Origin: the human T2T-CHM13v2.0 reference genome, Homo sapiens
Length of the DNA stretch: 64,000 nucleotides
Assembly: GCF_009914755.1 (NCBI RefSeq)
Contig: NC_060926.1
Strand: one strand, 5' to 3'
The translations under genes and the position numbers were made by a program. The notes under the pieces were generated by a model that saw only the letters and a program-made list of their open reading frames with translations, was not told where the DNA came from and made no database searches. Positions 39,286 through 51,900 of this stretch are shown one piece after another. Each line of letters begins with the position of its first letter. The first letter of the stretch is position 1.

Positions 39286-40965
39286 AACCTAAAGATCTTT
39301 ATCATCACATTTAAATAAGAGTAAATCTCAAGAGGCCATCTTATCTACCCGTTCCCACTAGGCATTACTCAACAGAGAACCAATAGCTAGGAACTTCCTC
39401 TATTCCTAAAGATTTTCAAGAAAGGAAGAGAAATATCTTGGGAAGTTTAGGAAACATAAATATTTAGGCTCATTTATTGATGAAAGTGGGCAAAATGAAA
39501 TCATCCTATGCATCTTAGTAATACTATGTGGTATCACAAGCAGCTTGACATAACAGGCTGGTATCAATTGTCATGGGTAAGTGCTAATTGCTGAAGATCT
39601 ACCAATTTGCTGTGTGCTTTTACTAAAAATATCTTTGAAAGTTCCACAGCCTTCCAAGATTTTGTATTCCTTGATATAACCTTTAAATTGCCTTCTTCAC
39701 ATTCCCTCTTGTTTGTTAGTAATGAAATGCCAATGATCACAGTACCGGAAAAAAGAAAACGGAGAAGAGGACAATAAAAAATCATGGTTATGATTTGTGG
39801 AGCAAAGGAGGGCTTTCAGCATTAATATTTACATTAATGTTTACGTTAAAGTGGGACAGATTACACTACTTTTTACTCACTTCACTTCTTCTTACCCTGC
39901 ATAGAGTTAAATACTTACTGTTTGTGCCTTGTAAGAACTCTAAAGATTATAGTGTACTAGTAAATCTACTTTATTTTGCTGGCAGGAGTCAGCAGACAAA
40001 AGAGGAGCAGGAGAAATGTTGTCAAATCAATAGTGATACTGACTGAATTTTATCAGTGTTTCATCTTTAGCTGAACTATATGAACTCATTCAGATTTTAA
40101 AAAATATGTAAACTGTCTAATCTATTTTATAGCTCCGTTTTACAGAGTTATAACATGTCAAGAACAAAGTTACAAAATCCAAAACATACAAGTTAGCATC
40201 ACCTCTATTTTTTTCTGAAAATTCCGAAAGTACAATGATTAGAACACACTTCAAACCTCACAGCTCTGTATTACTTAGGAAAAAAATCCCAACAGCTATC
40301 CAGTTGTGCTTTGAGGTCATTTCTCAAAGCATGTGCATTAAGAAACTTAGCAATCTATGTTTATGGTTGCTTTATCTGGTAGTATAATACAATGAAAATC
40401 TCACATATAAAATTTATAATGTGATATTTACAGGTTCAAGGGTGGAATTGCTATGTTCCAAATGATTTTCTGTCATCCCTTAGTTCACTGTTTCTTTAAT
40501 CCTTTAAAACAATCTGTACAGCCTTTGCTGTAAAAGATTATTACATTCTTATTTCCACTGTGTAGTCATAATTTTGAATGTACTCTCTAATTTACCAACA
40601 TTGTTTCCAATTCCATATAAACCCATATGAGGGTGCTCCCAGCAAAACTAATTAGGGGGATAACTGTGTAATGTGAAAAAATAAAGAATTGGAATATTAT
40701 CCTTGTGTCATTTGATTTGCCAAAATTCAGCTTGTAACAATTAGATACTACAGTTGGAAAATTAGTGATTTTATTTATATAACAGGATCTGTCATAAAAG
40801 AGCCAAACTGGCAAAATCACTAATAGTCATAACCTAAATCACCCAATCAACCAAAATATTATAAAGTTCAGCTTTTATTTTTATGCCTATTACCCTTTTC
40901 ATGGCAATGGGTTATTTCAAATACCCCACCACAAGCCCTGAGAACACAGCTGGGTTACTTGAAAC

Positions 40966-41208
40966 CAGTAGCTCTAAACCAGTGGTGACTTGCCCCTTAG
41001 GTGACATGTGTCAATGACTGAAGACAGTTTTGCTTGTGGCAGTCTGGGGGATGCTACTGACATTTTGTGTAGGGCTCAGGAATGCTGCTAAACATCCTAC
41101 AGTAGTGCACAGGACAGCCCCCCACAAAGAAGAATGACCTGGGCTAAAATGTCAACGGAGCTTAAAAAAAGGTTACTAGTCTAAGTGAGCTTAAGTTGAG
41201 AAACCCTG
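40966..41208 (+). mobile_element. MER20 DNA transposon fossil with a 29-bp insertion
   Basis: atgctgctaaacatcctaca..tgcacaggacagccccc, aaaatgtcaa, gttgagaaaccctg end. Confidence 0.9.
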
Positions 41209-41449
41209 CACTAACATTAAGAACTATGTGTCCAACACGGTTGCAACATGTTACGCAAACACCTGCATTTTGTGGGGTGGGGGGTGAATACAGCCATTCT
41301 AGGGAGAGTAATTTGTTCTAACTTGGGTATTTCTGCCCAATAAGCTAGTAAGATATTTGCTTTTTCTAACGTGGATTCATCAGGGCACTGAAATTTAACT
41401 ATTTTATTTAAAATATGGTATATACTATTTCTTTGTGGTTTTTCTGTTA

Positions 41450-41481
41450 GTGTGTGTGTGTGCGTGTGTGTGTGGTGTGTG
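41450..41481 (+). repeat. (TG)n microsatellite, interrupted
   Basis: Direct reading. Confidence 0.85.
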
Positions 41482-43753
41482 AGTGAATTTCTGAAACAGA
41501 GCGGTAGCAAGCAAATGGCAGATTTGGTTTTATCATCAAGTTTCTGTTAGACATTTCGATAAGATTATACAGAGCATATAGTGGATGCCTACTACATATT
41601 TATTGATTTTTGAAAATAAAGTTTGTGAACCTATTTCTGCTATCTTCCTCTTTAGAGAACTGTGATTGCATTTTTCTTCTTTTTTTCTAACATGTATAGA
41701 GTGCCTGTTGCCATAGTAATCACTGATTTAGCACAACGTGTTTTTTCCTCCTTCTTTAAAAAAAAATTAGTTCCCATTCCTGCCAAAAAGGAACATATTA
41801 ATCTACCCATCATGCTAGCTTGGGGAAGTTGAAGGCCACAGAAGTTGTCATTTGTGCAAAGACTCCCAGAAAGTCAGTTGTTAGCATCTTCTGTGCCAAG
41901 AACTCTACCCCAATCCCAGAGAGGAAATGAGACACTGAAGTAAAAGATTCTGGAGCTGAGGAGGTAACATCTCTCTTCTTTTCTGCAAAGTCCCACAAAA
42001 GATGTGCACAAATGCTCATGTCTGTGTAAACAAATTCACCTACTGATTATAGATTTAACAGACCACTGATGTCCAGAAAACAGGGACTAACTAGACAGTG
42101 CTCTTTAAGACAAAAGTTTACCTTAATCTACTTACTTCTGAGGGTAGGGGAACAACAACAAAAGCAACAACTAAAGAAACAAAAACCTTTTGAGAAGTCT
42201 AAAAGAAGTAGAGAAATCCTACTGAAGAAACCAACATCAACAGTTTCATTTCTTTATCAAATAAAAAGTCCGGCCTGAGTCTCCTGACTGACTACATTCT
42301 TTCTAGTATTAGGTAAATCAGATCTCAAATCTGATCTAGCCCTGCTATTCAGACCACGAATTCCTGTAAACATACCTATCTAGAACTGTGTGCAGGCCCC
42401 TCTTATGACAATGGTCTGTGCTCACCTGGATTTTTATCACTGGCACTCTTAGTCAGGACCACCAGATTCTTCCTAATTTCTCAAGTCAAATCCGAAGGCT
42501 ACCCTGCTTGTGGTGTTCCATAACTCTGTCTGGCCCCTCATGAGAAATGCCACCTACTTGGATGAGAGCATTTAAGTCAGAGCAAGACAGCACAGAGGTT
42601 GACTTTAGGTTCCCATCTGACATATTTACTGTTCTAAGAGAGGAAAGGTAGTGGAAGAGAAAGAAAAACTAAAGTGGAACTGCAGGATTTCTGATTTTCA
42701 GAAATGTCTGCTTATTATCAGAGTGATAAGAACTCAAAATTAAGACATGGGAAAGGAAAAGATAGGGATATAGAGTCAGAGCTGTTCCTTAACCAAAGGC
42801 TTTACAGAATTAGAACACAGCTGACACAGGAAATTCAATGCAAGAAGGTCCTGCTCTAAATAAAAACAGATGAGGAGAAAGTCCATTCATTTTTACTAAT
42901 AGTATGCATGGAGAATGAACACACGCTGCCTTTTACATAGACCCTTATAACTGTTCATACTGTTCTGTAAAATCAGCATATTTCTTATTATTTTCTTCTG
43001 GGAAAAAACACTTGGCTATGCATTTCCTTTTAATTTCATGGAAATGGGAAAGGGGTAAAAGGAAAGAAAGATAATACTTCCTGAAAACTTGAATGTTTTG
43101 CTGAAAACACCCTTAAAGGAATGTATCTCTGTCAGGGTAACAAAAACATTTAATAAAATATTTTTAAAGCAGTTGGTCTCTAAGAGAAAATGTGAGGTAT
43201 ATGTAATTAGTAGCAAATATGCATTCAATTGTACTAAGCATGACCATTCTTCCCCTTTAAATCCTCAATCCATGAAGTGTGTTTGTTAATTAGGCAGTAA
43301 CTTGAAGAGCGCTGCTTTTCCCATAGAAGTCAGGTGCTCAACTACTCAACCATGAATCTCTACGGTTACATGAATCTATGAATGGTCTGCAAACCACTTA
43401 TACTCCAGGTTTCAATTCTGCTGCCAGTAATAATAGTAATAATACCATCATTCTATTCTAGTAGCACAGTGCAAATTTAAGATAATTAGAAGATGATGAT
43501 AGAAATTTGAAAGCAATGGATTACAAAACAAGACTGCATCAAAGCATAACACGCAACACAACACTTTTTCAATTATGTACATAACCTGGAAAAACTAGTT
43601 GGCAATGAAAAAAATGTGTTGAGAAGTACCTTATTAATTCATTAAATATTTCTGTAATCCTATGTTTCTTTAAAAAGAAAAAAAGATTACTAGTCTAAGT
43701 GAGCTTTTATCTTTGTTAAGCAGCATCCTTTTAACCTCCATCATCTCTAATAA

Positions 43754-43755
<2 letters not shown>

Positions 43756-43785
<30 letters not shown>
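43756..43785 (+). repeat. Poly(A)30 tract
   Basis: Direct reading; no SINE/LINE body or TSD evident. Confidence 0.9.
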
Positions 43786-43786
<1 letters not shown>

Positions 43787-44099
43787 AAGAGAAGTTAAAG
43801 AAGCAAACCAGCAAGAGAAACTGTAGTTGCTGTATCAATGACAATTATTCCAGTGATAATGACCTGACTTTTTGGGTTGGTCTTCTAGCTAGTCCACAGG
43901 GATCCACTGTTCAGGACGGTGTTAGGGGAGGTGGGCTTTGTCATTTTGCACAAGGTTTGACAGGTTTCAGGGTTTAAATCTGCAATTTCCATGGCCCTGG
44001 AAAAGTAATGTCTAAATATTGCTTAACTGAAAGTTGCTGATGAGAATATTTCAGTGCTCTGTGCAAAGAGTGGATCCGTGGATCAGTTAATTTTATTGA

Positions 44100-44195
44100 A
44101 CAGAAAAAAGGTGAAGTATTGTTGTAGGGATTGAATGAGAACAGATACACAGTGTTTAAAGTAATTCCTGGCACATAGTAGATATCCAAGAAGGT
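44100..44195 (+). mobile_element. MIR fragment
   Basis: gttgtagggattgaatgaga..., cctggcacatagtag. Confidence 0.65.
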
Positions 44196-45429
44196 GTCTG
44201 ACTCCACCCCTTCCTTTTCTCTCTTTCTGAATTGTATTCCACTGTCAGCTGCTAGTGTATACATGTCATGAGCTAATGTGCCCATTGATGGTTTAGCTTA
44301 TGACTTTCAGGTCAGTTTTCTAAGTTGATAAAAACAAGCATTATAGATAATAAAATTCAGAGGCAGTTCCAACATGGAATAATTGGCTTGTCTCATTCCA
44401 TAGTCAAAGCTCATCTCAACTAAGTTTTCCATTGCTCACAGTGAGGACTAGGGAAGAGGAATTGCTGCAAATCCATTTTCACAGGTGGGTAATCAACACA
44501 AGAAGCACTGTCAACTGATTGTGGGTGTGAAACCATCTACGCACTTGAAAGTTTTCATGTTATCATTACTATGTATCCACATACATTTGCCGAGCCTGAC
44601 CGTTCCAGATCAGTCTTCTGAATGCTAGCTGCATATCAGAACCACATATGTATAGTTTCATAAATGTGACAATACTCAGGCCCTACCCTGAGACAAGTGG
44701 CACAAAGCATTCAGAAGTGGAAAGGATTCTCACCAGGAGAACCACTCTGAGAATCAATAGAAACAGAGATCCAGGTCAAAGAAAAATATTATCTTTCTTC
44801 CCTGGGAATCACCAGCATTTGCACAGACTTCTACAACTAGCTACATGACCCAGGGCAATTTCTTAAAGTGGGACACAGTGTGCTCTGAATGCAGACCTGA
44901 CACTAAATTTATCATGGTTGGGTAGCTGCTGCCTTATGGAGAATGGCCTGTGGGACACTGAACTTACACATTAAACAGCTGAGCCAACGGATGTTTCAAC
45001 TGCCAGGAAAATAACAGAATGGGGAGACCCTCTGTTCATTTGACACCAGTGCCAGCTTGGAGAAACAGCATTTCTTCTGCAGTTATTGAAAGAAAGTAAC
45101 CCAGAAGTACCCACAGTCTTTTAGCTCTTAAAATATGGAGCCACTTTTTCTTTTCCAGCTTATTTCCAATGCAAACCTGATTCCAGGCTCAAGAGAAGTA
45201 CAACGTGCCTTGGTCCCTTCTCCCTAGTCTTGGTCAGCTTCTTCAATTCCTCTTGCTGATCTGGCCTCCAGTTTGGCTGGCTTTTTAGAGGAGTCTCTCA
45301 GCACTACCAGCAGAGTCTTTTGACCTATGTTACTAACGCGTGTATCATATCTAGATCCACTCCTCACCATATGTCATGGTACTGTCTTGTTCCTGGTTAT
45401 TGGTGGTATATTTGTTTTTCTACTGTATG

Positions 45430-45810
45430 TAGTTAAATTTTAAGTAACTTAAAGAATTACAATAGCAATACAATTTCATTATAAAAAGCAGAATATGTGG
45501 ATAAACAGAAAGAAGAAAATAATATCCACTATCATACCATTAAGGTGACCCACTAACACAATTTTCAAATAAATTTCCTACGTACATATTTTATTTTTAT
45601 AAAAATGCAATCATAGAATAGTCAATATGATTTTTAAAAGTCCCTTTTATGAAATAAAATATGTGAACATCTTTTTGTAAATAATTATTCATTTGAAACA
45701 TTCTTTTAAAATGGCTGTATAGTATTTCCTTGTGATTTTCATAACCATCCCCATATTGATATTTAGCTTGTTTTGAATCTTCTGCTGTTATAAACTATGC
45801 TAGGATGACA
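45430..45810 (-). mobile_element. Old L1ME-like fragment
   Basis: ttttaaaatggctgtatagtattt, tttagcttgttttgaatctt..gctgttataaactatgct. Confidence 0.55.
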
Positions 45811-46311
45811 GTTACAGCTCTTCTTCAACTGCTACTACCCAGTTTGATTGATAAATGACACACTTCCCTTGGCCTAGGAAGAAGCAACAGATTCTGATGT
45901 TTGCAAAATTTGTCAGTGTGGCTTATCAAGAAACAGACTCTATCTCTCTATTTATCTATCATCTATATATTTGACAAAACATTTTGAAAAATGACTTTTA
46001 AAAATGAAATAAGGAATGTAAAGTCACAAACAGCCCAGGGACCCAAATGAGAAAGCATCTGTCAGAGATTCATCAGTCAGGAGTACCTATTATTTTAACA
46101 TTTTCATGGTCATATAAGAGGAAAGAACAGGTAAAACAGCCAAAGTATCACCTGATTCCCACTGATTTAGAACAGAACTGCAGAAATGTTGAAAGATTTT
46201 TTATTAGATTAAGCTTCCCAGCAAGAAATCTAGACAGCAATCTGCAGCTAGCAACATGCCTTCGGAAAACCAAATACGAGATTCACTGACACTGTTTTGT
46301 GAGGGCCTCCT

Positions 46312-46343
46312 CTACCCCTCGTCTCCCCTACCCCTCGTCTCCC
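46312..46343 (+). repeat. Perfect 16-bp tandem duplication
   Basis: ctacccctcgtctccc x2. Confidence 0.9.
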
Positions 46344-46810
46344 CTTTTTCACATACCCCACACTAGGATCAGAGAAGTTTGGGGAAAAATCAACAGAAAC
46401 AACACGCCAGGTAGATTATGGCCACTGCAACCTTGCTGCAGCTTAGGCTAGGCTCTTAGGATGACCTTCTCAAAATCCTTGAAGGAGAAGTTGGCTGAAG
46501 GAATTTTATGCAGGTCTGGAATGGTCTCGTCTCTAGAGGTCTAGATCCAAAAAATAAAAAGACTGCAATTTTTAATCTAACTCTTACCAGAATGAAAAAC
46601 CATCTAAATGCTCCCTAGGGGCCTTAAATTGTTATGTTACCAAAAATGCTATGCTGTGGGAAATACTAATATTAAGTAAATAGCCCCTGTCATTTTTACC
46701 AAGGACATTTGGGGGAAAAAAAATCACTGATGAATAAGTGAAACCATCTTAAGTTGCTGAAACTGACATAATGAAAACCACCATCTTTCTAAATTCCTTA
46801 GCCAATTAAC

Positions 46811-47272
46811 TAAGGGAGGGGACCACCCCTCATATTGCCTTATGCCCAATTCCTGCCTCCAAAGAAAGAAAAAGTAAAAACTAAAAGGCAGAAATGAAAT
46901 CCACAAGCAGACCGCCCGGCGCCACACCCTGGGCCTGGTCGTTAAAGATCGACCCCTGACCTAATCGGTTATTTTACCTATAGATTACAGACATTGTATA
47001 GAAAAGCACTGTGAAAATCCCTATCCTGTTTTGTTCTGATCTAATTAACAGTGCATGCAGCCCCCAGTCACGTACCCGCTGCTTGCTCAATCGATCACGA
47101 CCCTCTCGCGTGCACCCCCTTAGAGTTGTGAGCCCTTAAAAGGGACAGGAATTGCTCACTCGGTGAGCTCGGCTCTTGAGACAGGAGTCTTGCCGATGCC
47201 CCCGGCCGAATAAACCCCTTCCTTCTTTAACTTGGTGTCTGAGGAGTTTTGTCTGCGGCTTGTCCTGCTACG
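46811..47272 (+). mobile_element. LTR2 (HERV-E) solo LTR
   Basis: Starts taagggagg..gaccacccctcatattg, ends gtcctgctac; perfect 4-bp TSD taac (46807-46810 / 47273-47276); TATA-like cttaaaa 47135, AATAAA 47209. Confidence 0.93.
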
Positions 47273-47316
47273 TAACAACTTGTATCATTCATCACTACAT
47301 TTATTTCCATTAACCT

Positions 47317-47348
47317 ATCCTAGAACCAAAAGATCCTAGAACCGAAAG
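47317..47348 (+). repeat. 16-bp tandem duplication
   Basis: atcctagaaccaaaag / atcctagaaccgaaag. Confidence 0.9.
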
Positions 47349-48575
47349 ATGAGGGTACATAACTGAAGGGAAGACTCACCCAGGAAAGAAAAAGAAAAGG
47401 AGTCAGACTGGGCTATCTGAGAATTCACAAAGGAACTAGAAGCTGTGTAGTCAAAATGTTCCTGGCAACGTGGCAAATGTATTTCAAATCAAACCATGCA
47501 TTCACTAGACTCTTCTTTTCTAATCTTTTGTTTTCTCTTGGCCTGAGTCAAAGTCCTTTGTAAAACTTTCATGGATCACGTGAGGAGGAAAGGGGAGAAG
47601 GAGAGGCAGGCAGACAGGGAGGAAATGAGAGGGTGTTCCTGCTGGCAAACTCAGTGGGGAATGAACTACCTCCTTCAGAGGGAAAATGAGGTGGGAGGGA
47701 CAGAGAGCCACGGAAAGAAAGGTACCAGTTCCCTTGCAAGCTGGGGGTAGGAGAGGGCTCTTCTCAGAAAACTAGAAGAGATTTTGGTGATGATGTCAGA
47801 ATTGGAGCATCTGCCTTCTAAGGACTTTGTCTGCCAACTGGCATAGGGAGCACTGCCCAGAGAGCCAGTTCTCCGTGTAATAAGCAAAGGCAGGAAATGG
47901 GCAGGGAGCAGTAAACTCAGTGGGAAAAGCCACATTTGAAAAACTTGGGAGAGAGGAGGAGAAAAAGGAAGCCACACAGAATTTTGGTGCCACGAGGAGG
48001 AGGACATCTGTATCTTGTATTTGCATGGTGTTTTACAGTTTAGAAAACACAGACACCATCATAGGTCACTGTGAGGTGGGCACATTTATCACTATTTTCC
48101 AGTTGCAGAAATCATCACCCAGAAATAAGGGAAAAACCTGATTGCAAGTCTTCTTATATGGGTCTGTTCTTTCTACTACATCTAAGACATTTCTCTGCGG
48201 CATGCCTGCACTTTGCAGTGTTATCTTCCAAACACCATCTACTTTCAGAACCCTACACTTCAGAGAAACTGTACTTGTACCATTCTTCAAACACGCTACA
48301 AGTTTTCCTGCCTCTATGTATTTGTTCATACTATTTCTTCCCCTTAAACTTCTTTACCCAACTTGGACTGTTAGAATGTTGCCCAAACCTTTCAAGGTCT
48401 AAATCTCCATGTTACCTGTTTTTCTTCTATGCTATTTTTTTTAACATGATTCTTTGTATTACAGATATTTACAAACATTTCTTCTCCCATACTAAATTTA
48501 ACTTTGTATTCATTTTACTGCCTAGTAAAGCTCCTTGCATAGTAAGGAAACTAGTTTTGAATTAATAGGCCAGTC

Positions 48576-48607
<32 letters not shown>

Positions 48608-48968
48608 GCTTTGTGAGTTCTTAATATGTATTTTTTGTCACATTAAGTGAAAAAAAAAGTTCCCCAAAGTCATGAAACCAAAGCAGATTCTATTTACATT
48701 TAGTGTAAGATTTTGCTAACTGAATACTATATCCCAAGTTTATGGGGAACTATCTATACTTATTTTTATATATTGATCTTACATTTTGGGTGTGTGGTTA
48801 TGAGGTTAATTCATTAAAATGAGTAAAGGCTCTTAATGATTCTTTCTTGACTTTATGGGTCATGTGTCTAAGTACAGAAGTTAGTACACATAAAAAACTG
48901 TAATTGGGTACTAAAAAATACATATACAGATTGCCCCATATCTAATTTTCTAACTTTAAGTGTATAAT

Positions 48969-49570
48969 TGTCAGAGGCATTTGAAGCAGAGCAACTCCAT
49001 CCATGAATAAGGGCTGGGTAAAGTAAGGCTGAGACCTACAGAGCTGCATTCTCAAGTGGTGAGGCATTCTTAGTCACAGGACGCGATACAGGTCAAAGGC
49101 CTTGCTGGTGAAAGGATGTGGTAAAGAAGCTGGTCAAAACCCACCAAAACCAAGATGGTGGCGAAAGTGACTTCTGGTCTTCCTCACTGCTCATTATATG
49201 CTAATTATAATGTATTGGCATGCTAAAAGACACTCCCACCAGCACCATGACAGTTTACAAATGCCATGGCAACATCAGGAAGTTAACATGTATGGTCTAA
49301 ACAGGGAGAACCCTCAGTTCCAAGAATTGCCCACCCCTTTGCCAAAAACTCAGGAATAATTCACCCCTTGGCATATGATTAAGAAGTAACTGTAAGTACA
49401 ATCAGTTGAGCAGCCCATGCTGCTGCTCTGAGTAGAGAGTAGCCATTCTTTTATTCCTTTACTTTCTTAATAAACTTGCTTTCACTTTATGTATTTGCCC
49501 CGAATTCTTTCTTGCACAAGGTCCAAGAACCCTCTCTTGGGGTCTGGATTAGGACCCCTTTCCAGTAACA
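48969..49570 (+). mobile_element. MER41 (MER41B-like) ERV1 solo LTR
   Basis: tgtcagaggcatttgaa.cagagcaactccatc start, acccaccaaaaccaagatgg, ccaagaaccctctcttggggtctgga, ttccagtaaca end. Confidence 0.92.
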
Positions 49571-51067
49571 CAACTGTAGGCTTTTATTGATTGAAACATA
49601 GGTGATAAACAGAACTTCAAATTTCCTTTGATTTTCTGTCATGGCCTGGATTAATCGCCACATTTTCCCTAATTATGGCCATCATCTTTTCCAGTGCAAA
49701 AGAAAAACTCTTCACCACGTCTTTCTGCAGAGTTTCCACCCAATCTTGTTTTCCATCACAGGAAAGTAAAAGGAAAGCTTGCAAGTGTCTGTAGTCATCA
49801 TTCAACTACTCAACTTGACTAGACCATCATCACCTACTCCTTTAACTTTGTGCTCAGTAAACTGTCTCTCTCAGATGAAAGTCATTGCTATTAGCTACCA
49901 ACACAATTGTGCCATTTGATTTTTTATTTGTGACTTACTGTTCCAGAGCTGATCCACAGTTAACGAAAATTAAAGCCACAAATTTTTCCCCTAATTAGAC
50001 ATTTGTGCCTTCCATAATGACACTTACATACAAATGACACTCAAATGTATAAGATGTAGGCTATATGCACAATACACATAACGAACACCACATGAAACAA
50101 TTTTGGAATTTAAATTTAGATTAAATTGGTATTTAAAGTTAATCCTCATTGAATATGAAACATTAAAAAGGCAAGCTTAAAAATACCAAGCAATTTGGCA
50201 TTATTCAGTACAGCATGTCAATTCACCTTATTCAAAAGCAAACCTTTTGCAAAGCAAAAATTCTCCCATTAAACCCAGGCATTAAGAAGAAATAAACTCT
50301 TAATTACTTAAGGAGGAAATGCTCTCGTTTCATGGTTAGCAGGTTATCAATGTAAACAATCCAGGGAGCTTTCTCAATGGCTCCTGTTTCAAGAGTCCCA
50401 GCCTCTATTCCCCATTCCCCATCCGCCACCCTCTTTCTACACAACAGGAGCTAATGTCTTTATGCGTACCAAAAAAGACACTACTGACCACAATGGGAGA
50501 GCTTAGGTATTTGCCCACACTTTCCCTGCAGGAGTAAATTCAGTAGAACCCTATAATTCTGAAACAGTCAAGTCATGGACCATCTGACTCATTAAATATT
50601 CCAGGCAGCCTTGTCAGTAGTCTGGAAGACCTTGCAGTTATAATTTCTTCCCTCTGTCATTCCTCTATTAATACTCAGCTAACTTGAATTTCAACATGAG
50701 CTTTAGACTAGCTGAAGAACATTTATTGTGCAAGATTCATAAGGTACAGAACCTATTCATAGAAAGCATTTTGGCATCCAAAATATGTGTAACTAATAAT
50801 GAATAATAATAGCATTGTCTCCGAAGGCAAGAGCACAAAAATACAGCTATGAAGCAAAAATAAACTCCTGACAGTGCCATATGTACCCTAAAGGAAATAA
50901 GTAAAAAGCTTTTTTTCTGAATATTAGTTGTCACTATTTCATTTGATTATTTCAAAATGTAACTTTTCATTAACTTAGGTTTATCATGGATTTGCAGATA
51001 CACTGGTATCTAATAGAGAATATTAACCTTAGACTATCAAGATAAAGCAAATCCATGAATTTCAGCA

Positions 51068-51193
51068 TTTTTTTTTAAGACATATGGTCTCACTATGTTG
51101 ACCAGGTTGGTTTTGAGATTCTGGGCTCAAGTGATCCTCTACCTCAGCCTCCAAAGTACTGAGGATTACAGGCTTCAGCCACTGCACCCAGCC
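51068..51193 (-). mobile_element. FLAM / Alu left monomer
   Basis: Poly(T) + ggtctcactatgttg..ctgggctcaagtgatcct..gccactgcacccagcc. Confidence 0.88.
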
Positions 51194-51549
51194 TAGCATA
51201 ATTCTCTATAGCTTTTACACTTGTCCAACTTTAATGGAAGAAAGGCTTCTTTGTACACAAATCTGACAACATATCTTTTTTTCTTTAGTTGTGTATGCCT
51301 ATGATGGTCAAACTTTGGACTATTAACATTTTTATTCTCAGTTGCAAACACTAAGAACCATTCTACATTTCCTCTGTAATGCAACAATTTTGCTGATGCC
51401 TTCAGTAATTATGACAATACATTTTTTGCAATAGATATGGTAATTTGAAAAGAACACATTTAAATATATGGTTTTATGCAACAGCTATCAAATATGTAAA
51501 ATTCAATATCCCAAGAGTTTGTGCATGTTGAGGAAAGAAATCCAAGAAA

Positions 51550-51900
51550 TATTTAATTAAACTAATGAATCATCATTTTCTCACTGGTCTTCCATGTGCT
51601 GTATTTATTAAGAGAGAGAATATGGGCTCTAAAGACCATTGGTCTGACTTAGGGTGCCATTTCTCGCATTTTCATGATCTGAAAGTAAAACTAGAGCATT
51701 TCGGCAGTTTCAAGTTGGCACGAGTGCGTTGCTTCCTAGCTTGAAATGCATAATTAACCAGAAAGCTAGTTGTTGAGCAGTTAAACAGGCTGTCCAAAAA
51801 GGCCCCCATTGCTGTTCAAATGAATGCTGAAAAGTAGGGTGCCACAGTGATTTTTTTGTTTTATAGACAAGCTACATACAAGCAATTGACAAAGACTAAT
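51550..51900. promoter_or_regulatory. Candidate conserved non-coding element
   Basis: Apparently repeat-free, homeodomain TAATTA motifs, several retained CpGs; function inferred only. Confidence 0.25.

Noticed and set aside
38990-39308. Three hydrophobic F/L/S-rich ORFs resembling membrane proteins
   Set aside because: Translation of the pyrimidine strand of a low-complexity repeat.
47647-47924. 12-bp direct repeat aaactcagtggg twice in a purine-rich block
   Set aside because: Short enough to arise by chance or within an old LTR; no element structure between the copies.
48071-48565. Longest ORF in the window (164 aa)
   Set aside because: GTG start, no domain or splice context, and apparent overlap with decayed L2-like sequence; consistent with chance.
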